Part shown: piece after piece, positions 36,836 to 45,490 of the stretch
Layout of the letters: each line of letters opens with the position of its first letter
How positions within the stretch are numbered: position 1 is the first letter of the stretch
From: an uncultured Methanomassiliicoccales archaeon
GTDB lineage: Archaea > Thermoplasmatota > Thermoplasmata > Methanomassiliicoccales > UBA472
Assembly: GCA_942492955.1 (NCBI GenBank)
Contig: OW818644.1
Location: 1,439,541 to 1,503,540 of the forward strand
Reading direction: 5' to 3'
Length of the DNA: 64,000 nucleotides
Translations under genes and position numbers: made by a program
Notes under the pieces: generated by a model
What the model was told of the DNA's origin: nothing
What the model saw: only the letters and a program-made list of their open reading frames with translations
Databases searched by the model: none

Positions 36836-37726
36836 TTACTCTGTCTCCTTTCTGATCATGTTCGCCGCAGTCGTCCCGGCCACGCATCCCTGCCCGACCG
36901 CCCTTGCCAACTGCCATGGCAGACCCGTAACATCACCGCATGCCAGGACGTTCGCTTGCTCGGTCTTGCAGTCTGCATCGACCTTGATGAAACCCTTATC
37001 GTCCGGCACGATGCCGACATCCATGGCCAGATCGGCCGAGCCCCTCGCCCCTAGCTCAATGAAGACGCCGTTGACGTCCAATTTCCGGCCGTCCTTGAGT
37101 TCCAATGATTTCACCACGTCGGTGCCCAGGATCTTGGATGGCCAGGCTGGGATCAGCACCTCGATATCGGCGGCTTTCATCTTGGCGTTCAATTCCTCGG
37201 AGGCCTTGTTCTCCCGCGCCACCCAATAGACCTTCGACGCATATTCCCGGAGAAGCAGGGCCGCAGCCGCCGCCATGCTTCCGTCACCTACCACCGCCAC
37301 TGTCTTCTTCTTAAAGAAATGACAGTCACAGGCGGCACAGTAGCTTACGCCGAGACCGTGGTATTCCTTCTCCCCCTCGACGTTAAGCTTTACGCGCGAT
37401 ATCCCAGGAGCCAGAATGATGATCTTCGAACGAACCGTATTCATCTTCTCGGTGCTCATCACGAACCATTCGCCTTCCCGGTTCAGGTCCATGACGTCCT
37501 CCGCCATGATCTCGGCGCCGAAGTGTCTGGCCTGATCAATCCCCAACGACAGAATGTCCTTCCCTTCCGCGGTGGCAACGCCGAAGTAATTCTCCACCTT
37601 TGCCTTGATTAGCGCGCTGTTCTCCCTCTTTCCAAGAACCACCGTCTTGACCTTCTTCCGAGCGGCATGGATAGCAGCCTGGAGACCTGAGGGACCGCAA
37701 CCGATTATCGCGAGATCGTAATCCAT
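36836..37726 (-). CDS. trxB: Thioredoxin reductase-like flavoprotein with degenerate NADPH motifs
   Basis: IIGCGPSG..AA, GVSYCAACD, G.I.VD..C.T...V.ACGD.TG. GDGSMA replaces GGGxxA and HRR is absent. Confidence 0.85.
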   Translation of the reverse strand: MDYDLAIIGCGPSGLQAAIHAARKKVKTVVLGKRENSALIKAKVENYFGVATAEGKDILSLGIDQARHFGAEIMAEDVMDLNREGEWFVMSTEKMNTVRSKIIILAPGISRVKLNVEGEKEYHGLGVSYCAACDCHFFKKKTVAVVGDGSMAAAAALLLREYASKVYWVARENKASEELNAKMKAADIEVLIPAWPSKILGTDVVKSLELKDGRKLDVNGVFIELGARGSADLAMDVGIVPDDKGFIKVDADCKTEQANVLACGDVTGLPWQLARAVGQGCVAGTTAANMIRKETE

Positions 37727-38082
37727 TTTCTGACCAGATTATTATGATGGATTCGACTCTATAACCATTTTCCGCTGAGGCGACGCTTATCGCGTTAAGG
37801 AATGAAATCATTTAGCAAATCGAAGAGTCCCGCCAGCTCTCTGACCGCAGCGGACCTTTACCTGGCCGTTCAACTTATGGACGGATGGGAGGCTTGGGCT
37901 TGAACGCTGGCCGTCTCGCGATAAAAAAAGTCTCGCATTCTGGGCGAGCCGCATATCCTTAGGCTTCGTTTCTCATCCACGATGATTAGACGACGCCTTG
38001 TACCCTGATAGAAATATTGGCTAAAGAAGAAGCACCTGACGGCCAGCCAGCCAACTTAAGCCGACCGCAGGGAAATATTCGT

Positions 38083-38493
38083 TCAGAGGTGCTTGGCGAA
38101 CTTGGCCTTCATGAATTCCTTGTTGCCAGCGCCGACGATACGGTCGACCATTTCCCCATTCTTGAAGACAAGGAGAGTGGGAATCGCGGAGATGTTGAAC
38201 CTCATTGGTATGTTCTCGTTCTCGTCGGTGTTCAGTTTGCCAAAGGCGATCTTGCCTTCAAATTCCTTCGCCAGTTCCTCGATGATGGGGGCCAGGGTAC
38301 GGCACGGCCCGCACCAGGGAGCCCAGCAATCAATGATCACAATCTTGTTGGCTTTTACGAAATCGTCAAACGTGCTGTCCTTGACCTCAGTTGCGGATGA
38401 TATGTTCTCAACTCCTTTTTTGTTATATATTTCGTGCTTCAGTAATTCAAGCTTTTTCCTTCGAATGGCATCAAGCTCTTCCAATTCGTTCAA
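38083..38493 (-). CDS. trxA: Thioredoxin with N-terminal extension
   Basis: WAPWCGPC, KLNTDEN, SAIPTLLVFKNG. TTG start with GGAGG SD. Confidence 0.93.
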   Translation of the reverse strand: MNELEELDAIRRKKLELLKHEIYNKKGVENISSATEVKDSTFDDFVKANKIVIIDCWAPWCGPCRTLAPIIEELAKEFEGKIAFGKLNTDENENIPMRFNISAIPTLLVFKNGEMVDRIVGAGNKEFMKAKFAKHL

Positions 38494-38736
38494 TTGTCAG
38501 ACCTCCATCCGGTTGTGCATGAACTTTACATAACCGTATTCTTGCCTTTGGGATAAATACCTTTTCTTGGAAGGCCTTGACACGCCAATTAGAAGCTGGC
38601 ACTTGAGATAGCTATCGCAGGGGGTACTATTTAATGAATCTCGGCGTCGATTTGTTGTCATTTTTCAGCCCTTTTCATGACTGGGGTCCAATAAGCCTTA
38701 AAAGGGTGATTGACGTTATGCATGTTGGGATCGGCG

Positions 38737-39024
38737 ATGCTTGAGGAAGCTACAGAGCTCATCGGATTGCAGGTGTATACACCAAATGGCATTTTCTTGG
38801 GGAACGTCAACAACCTGGTAATAGACCTGGAAAACAAGAAGGTCGACGGGCTCTTCATCAATGAGACCAACCCGCTGTTGGTCGAGGACTCGAAGGCAGT
38901 AAACGTACCATACCGCTGGATCCAGTCGGTAGGGGACGTAGTCATACTGAAGTACTTCCCGAAGCGCGTGACGGCCCGCAAGCCGGCCGCAGCGGCGAAG
39001 GCAGCAGCACCCCAAGAAGAGTGA
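38737..39024 (+). CDS. PRC-barrel protein (CdpB1-like)
   Basis: LIG.QVYT.NG.FLG.V.NL.ID.E...V.GL...N..L...V.VPYRWIQSVGDVVIL. Confidence 0.82.
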   Translation: MLEEATELIGLQVYTPNGIFLGNVNNLVIDLENKKVDGLFINETNPLLVEDSKAVNVPYRWIQSVGDVVILKYFPKRVTARKPAAAAKAAAPQEE

Positions 39025-39066
39025 CCAAAACCTTTTCTATACTCCATTCCTTTTGTTCCAGTTGAC

Positions 39067-39567
39067 ATGTCCGATAGACGGATCTATGTAGATTCCACGG
39101 CAGTTGTTCTCGGCGATGTTAAATTGGCCGATGGCGTGAGCATTTGGCCACATGCGGTTTTGAGGGGAGATGCAAACCGTATCGAGATCGGAGAGAACAG
39201 CAACGTGCAGGACAACGCGGTCATCCATTGCTCGGAGAACTACCCGACCATTATCGGCAAGGATTGTACTGTCGGACACTGCGCGGTGATCAACGGCGCG
39301 ACCTTCGGGGACCTTTGCATCATCGGGATGAACAGCACGATCCTTGATGGGGCGATCATTGGCGATGAGTGCATCATCGGGGCGGGGGCGGTCATTACAA
39401 GCAAGACACTGATACCGCCCAAATCGGTGGTAATGGGTGTGCCAGGGAAGGTCGTCAGGCATAGCGACATCACCCTGAGGGAGAAAGCTCAAAGGAGCTC
39501 GGAGAACTACCAGAAGCTACGGGATGAGCACATCAAAGGACGCTATAAGCGGCACACTTCTTGGTGA
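39067..39567 (+). CDS. Gamma carbonic anhydrase family protein (YrdA/CaiE-like)
   Basis: GDV.L...VSIWP.AVLRGD...I.IG..SNVQDN.VIH, TVGH, IGMNS.ILDGA. Confidence 0.9.
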   Translation: MSDRRIYVDSTAVVLGDVKLADGVSIWPHAVLRGDANRIEIGENSNVQDNAVIHCSENYPTIIGKDCTVGHCAVINGATFGDLCIIGMNSTILDGAIIGDECIIGAGAVITSKTLIPPKSVVMGVPGKVVRHSDITLREKAQRSSENYQKLRDEHIKGRYKRHTSW

Positions 39568-40114
39568 CCTTCTCTGGTATCTTGGCATCGGCCAGCATGA
39601 TGTCGATATCCTCCCCGCATAAAAGAGAAAGCTCCTTGTGCATGGCATTCATACGGGTGGCGGTGTTGGTGTAACCCTTGGAGCTGAGGTCGTCCAGAGC
39701 CTCTATCAAGGTCGTCACCTTGTCATCACTGACCAGGTTGTCCGCGTGGCACACTATCTTTTCCTCAATCGTCTCTGGCATATAGCTACCGTCCGGCAAT
39801 CCAAGGGCCTTTGCCTCTTCGTCCGATAGACCTGCGGCAATGTGCCTGGAGATCACCCGGACCAACGGCTCGGGAAGATTCCTGGAACGGGCGATCAAAA
39901 CCCCTTCGGATACGTGCCTCACACCATGCGTTCGGGACCTGCCCACATCATGCAGCAGGGAACCGGAATTGACCAGTTCCTTGTCCGCTTTGATCCTGGA
40001 AGCGATCATGAGGGCAACGACATTGACGGTACAGACGTGACGGATGACCTTGGGCGAGCATCCTTCTTCTTTCAATATCTCGAAACACTCTCGCTCACTC
40101 GGCAGGGTTGACAA
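39533..40114 (-). CDS. HD-domain protein (HDIG-type)
   Basis: [13 protein letters not shown]...G, RHI.AG, P.TIEEKIV.HADNL. Probable TTG start at 40114. Confidence 0.85.
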   Translation of the reverse strand: MSTLPSERECFEILKEEGCSPKVIRHVCTVNVVALMIASRIKADKELVNSGSLLHDVGRSRTHGVRHVSEGVLIARSRNLPEPLVRVISRHIAAGLSDEEAKALGLPDGSYMPETIEEKIVCHADNLVSDDKVTTLIEALDDLSSKGYTNTATRMNAMHKELSLLCGEDIDIMLADAKIPEKVTKKCAAYSVL

Positions 40115-40625
40115 CCCGTTTCCCCCTTTCGCAGGGAAGCACCTTGATGTTGCCACCCGTGAACTCCTTTGAGAACTCCTTGCCCTGGGCCAGACGGTCC
40201 AGGAGAATGGCCAAGGCTGCCACTTCCGAATGGGGCTGATTGCCGACCGATATGTTGAAATCAGCCGCCTGGTACACTTCGGGGGGCACCTTCTCCGCCC
40301 CTACCACGATAAGCAGATCGTAATCGAGGGGCAGCATCCGGGGGACGACCTCATCCACCTGCAGTCCGTACATGGTTAGATGCGCGATCTTCCCTCTTGA
40401 CTTGAACGAGGTCAAGAACTTGCGCCAGTTGACACCGCTTTCGATGGAGAAGTCACCGCCGAATCGCTTGACCACGTCACTGACGCTCTCCTCGAGCGAG
40501 GCGTCCTTGGTCCCAACCTTGATCCCCTGAGCGCCAAAAGCGCGCGCGGTCAGTGCCACATGAGTCGTTATACGCTTATCTCGCTCGGGACGGTGGCCCA
40601 AACGGAGGACCCATATCTCTCCCAT
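40095..40625 (-). CDS. trm56: tRNA (cytidine(56)-2'-O)-methyltransferase
   Basis: [54 protein letters not shown]. Confidence 0.95.
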   Translation of the reverse strand: MGEIWVLRLGHRPERDKRITTHVALTARAFGAQGIKVGTKDASLEESVSDVVKRFGGDFSIESGVNWRKFLTSFKSRGKIAHLTMYGLQVDEVVPRMLPLDYDLLIVVGAEKVPPEVYQAADFNISVGNQPHSEVAALAILLDRLAQGKEFSKEFTGGNIKVLPCERGKRVVNPAE

Positions 40626-40635
40626 GTGATCCAGC

Positions 40636-41136
40636 TCACGCATCCTTGACGAGTTCAAGCCTATGACCGCGGTAATCCAGACGGACCGACCTTTTCACCA
40701 GGCTCTTCAGCATGGTGGATGTGATGCCCAAGGCTTCTGCGACATCCCCTGCAAACTTGCCTTCCTTGCCGACTTGGGCGAGGATCTTGGTCTCGATCGT
40801 CTCGAACTCCTCTTCCGGCATCATGGCGACCGAAAGGACATCAGAAATCTCATAAACTGGCCAGGAGGCATTGATATGGAACTGGTTGTAATAGGTATGA
40901 TAGGCTTTTTCCGGGCGGTTGCCACCGGAGGGCTGCCAACGGGTTTCCACGAGTTTCATCTTCTCGAAAAACTTCAGCGCCTCTTTGCCATCGGCGCCAT
41001 ACTTGTCCTCGATTTCCTTGGCGGTCCGCCATTCCATGGTGACCTCCTTGAGGACCTCCCTTTTTATTGGGGTATCAACAGCCCTCAACATCGGAACCAG
41101 CTCCGAGGGTTCGTTGATGACCTTAATCTTATTCAT
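40636..41136 (-). CDS. Archaeal ArsR-like winged-helix protein
   Basis: [44 protein letters not shown]. Confidence 0.75.
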   Translation of the reverse strand: MNKIKVINEPSELVPMLRAVDTPIKREVLKEVTMEWRTAKEIEDKYGADGKEALKFFEKMKLVETRWQPSGGNRPEKAYHTYYNQFHINASWPVYEISDVLSVAMMPEEEFETIETKILAQVGKEGKFAGDVAEALGITSTMLKSLVKRSVRLDYRGHRLELVKDA

Positions 41137-41337
41137 AACTCCCTTAATTGTCTAACGCACTTAAATAAACTCGGTAGGAACGCCTAATGATGGGGCGAAA
41201 TTCTGGATATTGGCCATTTGTCTTTGCTTATTGAACTTTGATACTAATTATTTTCGATGCGATTCTTAGATGAATGACTATTAAAAATCCAATATATTGT
41301 TAGAATGAACAAACAATATAATAAAAAAATAGATAGT

Positions 41338-41356
41338 TGAGGGGGATTCCCCCCTC
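41338..41356 (-). terminator. Putative terminator hairpin after the FN3 gene
   Basis: GAGGGGG-AT-TCCCCCCTC inverted repeat with a T-rich tract downstream on the minus strand. Confidence 0.45.
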
Positions 41357-41366
41357 GTTATAGGGT

Positions 41367-44228
41367 TTACTTCAGCTTGTTGCCGCAGTTCGGGCACACC
41401 GCAAAGTCCGGGCTGACCGGAGTACCGCACTTGGGACACACGCCGGCAACGTTTGCTGGTTGTTGCTGGTATTGCTGTGTCGGCTGCTGGTACTGAGGTG
41501 CTACCGGGGCGGCCTTCTTCTTCCTCATGAAGAGGAAGAGGAGGAGCACGACGACCACGACGACCACTACCACTATCAGGATGATCGGGAGCAACGAGTC
41601 GCTGCTCTTGGCACCCGGGACCGCTGCCTGGGATGCCTCCGAGTCGGAGGCCCCGACGGAGTTCGTCGTTACCACCCAATAGTAGTATGTCTTGCCGTTT
41701 GTGGCGTTGGTGTCCGTATAGGATAGCGTCGATCCGCTCCAAACCAACTGGGCTAGGGTCGGGTCGTTTACTTCCCCGCGGTACACATAGTACTTCGTGA
41801 TCGGGGCGCTGCCCTGATCTGGTGCCGTCCATGTTACGCCTACGCTGCCGTCGCCTGGGGTGACAGTTATGTCATCCACCATGTCCGGCGCTCCCGTCGG
41901 TGACGAGGTCGAGGTCGTGGCATGCGCTGCCGCCGACTGGACGCTGTTCCCTACGGAATTCACTGCAACTACGGTGTAGTAGTAGGTCATGCCATTCATC
42001 AGACCCGCGTCAGTGAACGTACGTGCGGTTGAGCCAGTGTGGCTCCAGTAGGCCAATGCCGATGCCGAATCACCGCGGTATATCTTGTAGTCGGTGATCG
42101 GCTGCGTTCCGGTGCTGGATGGCAGGTTCCAGGTAAGGACGATCTGGCCACTTGCTCCGGTCGCAATTAGACCCGCTGGAGCTCCAGGGACCTGTGGTGC
42201 GGCGGATGGGGTCGCATTTGCGTATGCCTTCAGTCCTTCTCCCTTCGCATTCACTCCCGCCACTGCAAAGTAGTATGCCTGGCCGTTGGTAAGTCCGGTC
42301 TTGGTGTAGGTTGTGGTCGTACCGGAAACATTAGCCAACAGTGTCAGGGACGGATATGTGCCTGAGTAGATGGTGTAGTTCGATACGGTCGCCCCACCAT
42401 TGTCGGTCGGTGCTGTCCAGGACAGTACCGCTTGCCCATTGCCTGCTGTCGCAGTAAAGGCCGGGACAGAGGGTGTCCAGAAAGGCGTGATGTTGACCTC
42501 GGTCGAGTTCGGGCTCCATCCGTGGGAGTTGACCGCGCTCACGGTGTAGAAATATATCTGGCCATTCACAAGGTTCGTGTCGTCATAGGATGTTGCTGTG
42601 CCGATCGATGTGTGACCGATATAGGCCTCATTCCCGGTTACGTTGGACCTGAAGATGTAGTAATCGGAGATATCAGGTCCTCCGTTTGTGCTGGCTGCGA
42701 CCCATGACAGGTGTACCAGGTGGTTAGAAGGGTTTGTTACCGCAACACCGGTCGGGGCGGATGGCATCGACTGCGGAGTGGCCGAGAACTCATCGGTCCT
42801 CGGGCCTTCTCCACCATTGGTGTTGACTGCGCTGAGCTTGTAGTAGTAGGTGATATCGTTCGATACTGCTGTGTCTAAATAGTACAGGACTGGCCCTACG
42901 GAATGTCCAACATAGATCTCAGCGCCAGAAGTTGTGGCACGGTATATGTTGTAATAGGCTATGTCCGTTCCACCGTTTGTCGATGCGGCTCCCCAAGTTA
43001 CATTGACCTGGTTATTGCCTGGGTTACCATTTGGCGTCAATGGAACGCCTGGTAGGACTATGTCCGCGACCAGTCTGATCGCGTCCCTTTCAACGATATC
43101 ATCATAGCCTGTTGTGGCAATGAATATGTGACCGCCGAACATTGTCATGGCGGGCGACTCTCCATAGTATTTGCTACCTATGGACGTCTCGATCGGAGAT
43201 GTCGTCGTGAACGATCCTCCAGAAAGATAGTCGAGGTGCAACGAATAGTCCTTTTGATATGCCACATACGGCACGCCCGATTTTATGACGATCGCAGCGT
43301 CGTAGAAATAAACGGTATTGACGGCTGCAGCGACCGTCGCCATATTGGACGTTGGCCAAAGGCCTCCCGAGGTTGCACCTGCACTGTTGGTGTACCGGTA
43401 TTCATTAGCGTTGGAGTCAGCGTAGGATATGTGTATATTGTTGCTGCTGTCAAGCGCCATACCGATGGCGCCAGTATTCTTCATATCGCTGGCTAGGTCG
43501 ACTGCCATGCCGAAAACGAACGATCCGGCCGCTGGCCTGATGCCATACCAGATGTCGGATGATTTCTCATAGACCATGTAGACTGATCCGTCAGCGACCA
43601 CGGCCACATTAATCTGCGTCATCGTGTAATCGGCCAACGTTACCTTTGCGCTGTATGAGTTCGCCGAGTTACGAATTACTTCGACCAACTGGTGTGAGGA
43701 AGAGTCGGTGAATGAGTAGAACACGTGCACCAAGTTGGTGATCGGATCCACATAGATGCCGGTGTCTGCATATGATCCCGCCCAGTCACTGCTTTCCGCG
43801 TCAACGGTCTCGATGGTAGCGGTCGCCGATGCGGCATCGATCACTGCCATCTTGATCGTGTAATGATAAGCCGTACCCAAGAACACACCGTATGAGATGA
43901 ACACGGTGTTCGTGCTGTTGATTGCCATTGCTGGGTAATATTTCGAATCGGCGAGGAATTTGTCGATTTCGGTTGTGACCCATGCACCCGTCTTGTTTGT
44001 AGCGTAGTAAATCTTGTTACCTGCCTCCCAGGCGATGTGCATATGCCCAGCATAATCAGCCTTGATCACCTTCGTGTCAGGGTTCCAACTCTGAGAGTTA
44101 TCTACTACGATTGCGCTCCAGCCTGAGGCCGGGGCTGCATTCGCATTTCCTGAAGCAAGCAATGCTGCAGCAGGCATTATCATTGCCAATGTCAGCATGA
44201 GCACTATTATCGTTTTTCGATTACCCAT
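41367..44228 (-). CDS. Cell-surface protein: signal peptide, repeat beta domain, four FN3 domains, TM helix, Gln/Pro tail and double Zn ribbon
   Basis: L.W.AP...GG..I..Y.IYR...YY.V.AVN..G.G FN3 repeats. CPKCG..CPNCG at the C-terminus. Start moved to MGNRK with SD GGAGG. Confidence 0.88.
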   Translation of the reverse strand: MGNRKTIIVLMLTLAMIMPAAALLASGNANAAPASGWSAIVVDNSQSWNPDTKVIKADYAGHMHIAWEAGNKIYYATNKTGAWVTTEIDKFLADSKYYPAMAINSTNTVFISYGVFLGTAYHYTIKMAVIDAASATATIETVDAESSDWAGSYADTGIYVDPITNLVHVFYSFTDSSSHQLVEVIRNSANSYSAKVTLADYTMTQINVAVVADGSVYMVYEKSSDIWYGIRPAAGSFVFGMAVDLASDMKNTGAIGMALDSSNNIHISYADSNANEYRYTNSAGATSGGLWPTSNMATVAAAVNTVYFYDAAIVIKSGVPYVAYQKDYSLHLDYLSGGSFTTTSPIETSIGSKYYGESPAMTMFGGHIFIATTGYDDIVERDAIRLVADIVLPGVPLTPNGNPGNNQVNVTWGAASTNGGTDIAYYNIYRATTSGAEIYVGHSVGPVLYYLDTAVSNDITYYYKLSAVNTNGGEGPRTDEFSATPQSMPSAPTGVAVTNPSNHLVHLSWVAASTNGGPDISDYYIFRSNVTGNEAYIGHTSIGTATSYDDTNLVNGQIYFYTVSAVNSHGWSPNSTEVNITPFWTPSVPAFTATAGNGQAVLSWTAPTDNGGATVSNYTIYSGTYPSLTLLANVSGTTTTYTKTGLTNGQAYYFAVAGVNAKGEGLKAYANATPSAAPQVPGAPAGLIATGASGQIVLTWNLPSSTGTQPITDYKIYRGDSASALAYWSHTGSTARTFTDAGLMNGMTYYYTVVAVNSVGNSVQSAAAHATTSTSSPTGAPDMVDDITVTPGDGSVGVTWTAPDQGSAPITKYYVYRGEVNDPTLAQLVWSGSTLSYTDTNATNGKTYYYWVVTTNSVGASDSEASQAAVPGAKSSDSLLPIILIVVVVVVVVVLLLFLFMRKKKAAPVAPQYQQPTQQYQQQPANVAGVCPKCGTPVSPDFAVCPNCGNKLK

Positions 44229-44612
44229 TTTCTCCCTCCAATTATCCCCTCGGGATGCGTAGTAAATCGCATCCCCAATTCTTGAACTGGTGGAAAATCG
44301 GCCATTGGGCTGTTTGCTCTTGGCAACAACCCGTGTCCGTCTACCGGGAACCCTATACCTTCCAGTATAGTCCCTAGTCCCCCCAGACCAGAACAAATCC
44401 CCGACAATCCCCCAAGATCGTGATGGGGTATTAATCGTTGTTTTTTATTAATACTTTGCTGACTGGAACATTCAAGAACTGCCTAAATTGATCAAATCAT
44501 CGATGGCCGCATAAAGACGATTGGGACCGTGGAACAATAATAATCCAAAAGGGTACGATACCGTTCTCGCTTTCATTAGTATTATATTCCCGTTCCTTAT
44601 TTCGAGGATGCA

Positions 44613-44759
44613 ATGAGCAAGATCATCTACCAATGCCTCGATTGCGGCAAAAAGCACAAGACCGAGGAGGCAGCAAGGAACTGCCACGAGGCGCCGATCC
44701 AAATAATCGAGATCGGCATCACACGGTTCAGCAAGAGAAGGGGCCTCATCGGCAACTGA
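44613..44759 (+). CDS. Unannotated 48-aa small Zn-finger protein MSKIIYQCLDCGKKHKTEEAARNCHEAP...
   Basis: SD GAGGA, YxCxxCG...CH pattern like a C2H2/C3H finger. Below the ORF-track length cutoff. Confidence 0.7.
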   Translation: MSKIIYQCLDCGKKHKTEEAARNCHEAPIQIIEIGITRFSKRRGLIGN

Positions 44760-44822
44760 GCACCGCTTACCCTTTTAATCGTTTTATCGAAGGCCATTAG
44801 GGCCTTCATAGTCCTGTTTTTA

Positions 44823-45395
44823 TTAGATCAAGCCCGCTGCCATGAAGATCGGATAAAGGCCAAGCAGCGGAACGATGATCATCAGGAAATCATCATCGAT
44901 GTACCAATTCTTCCTTATCTCTGATAAAATACCCAAGAACGTGGCGACGACCGACGCGACGATGACCAACGGGGTCAGTCCGAAGAAATAGGTCAATGGG
45001 ACGACCATCAATACGAAGTATAGAACGGTGGGTACCGCCGGATAGAACCTGCTCTTCCGGGAACGCATCACACCCAACATGGGATCGATCCATCCCATTC
45101 CCAATACCACCGGAAGAACGATCTCGATCGGGAAGAACGCCAGGGCGATCGTCAGCGCCATGGCGGTCCAGGCTGCGGCAGATATGCGGTTGTTCTCATA
45201 ATCGCGCATCCCGATGATGTGGGGCGTGAAGTAAAGACGAAACGCCTCTATGACCAGGATCAGGGCCAGCAGCAGGAATAGCCCGGGCTGCTTGTCGACG
45301 AACCCGGGAAATACCGGGTCCGGAAGGAAATAATACACCAAGTACACCGGCGCACTGATGTGCACCAGGCGTCTCAGGACCTGCCCTGTGTCCAT
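44823..45395 (-). CDS. Dolichol kinase/cytidylyltransferase-like membrane protein
   Basis: RRLVH, E..R.S, DP..G..R, DDDFLM and several TM helices. Confidence 0.65.
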   Translation of the reverse strand: MDTGQVLRRLVHISAPVYLVYYFLPDPVFPGFVDKQPGLFLLLALILVIEAFRLYFTPHIIGMRDYENNRISAAAWTAMALTIALAFFPIEIVLPVVLGMGWIDPMLGVMRSRKSRFYPAVPTVLYFVLMVVPLTYFFGLTPLVIVASVVATFLGILSEIRKNWYIDDDFLMIIVPLLGLYPIFMAAGLI

Positions 45396-45490
45396 TGACG
45401 TCACTTAAGAGGACTTGATAATAAATGCTTTCGCAGATGCCGGGCACTTTGAAATCATAAGGCCGGGCCAATATTCTCAGTGGGGGCAGC

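Noticed and set aside
37802-37903. 33-aa ORF MKSFSKSK...WEAWA in the trx spacer
   Set aside because: No clear SD or motif. Treated only as part of the structured spacer.
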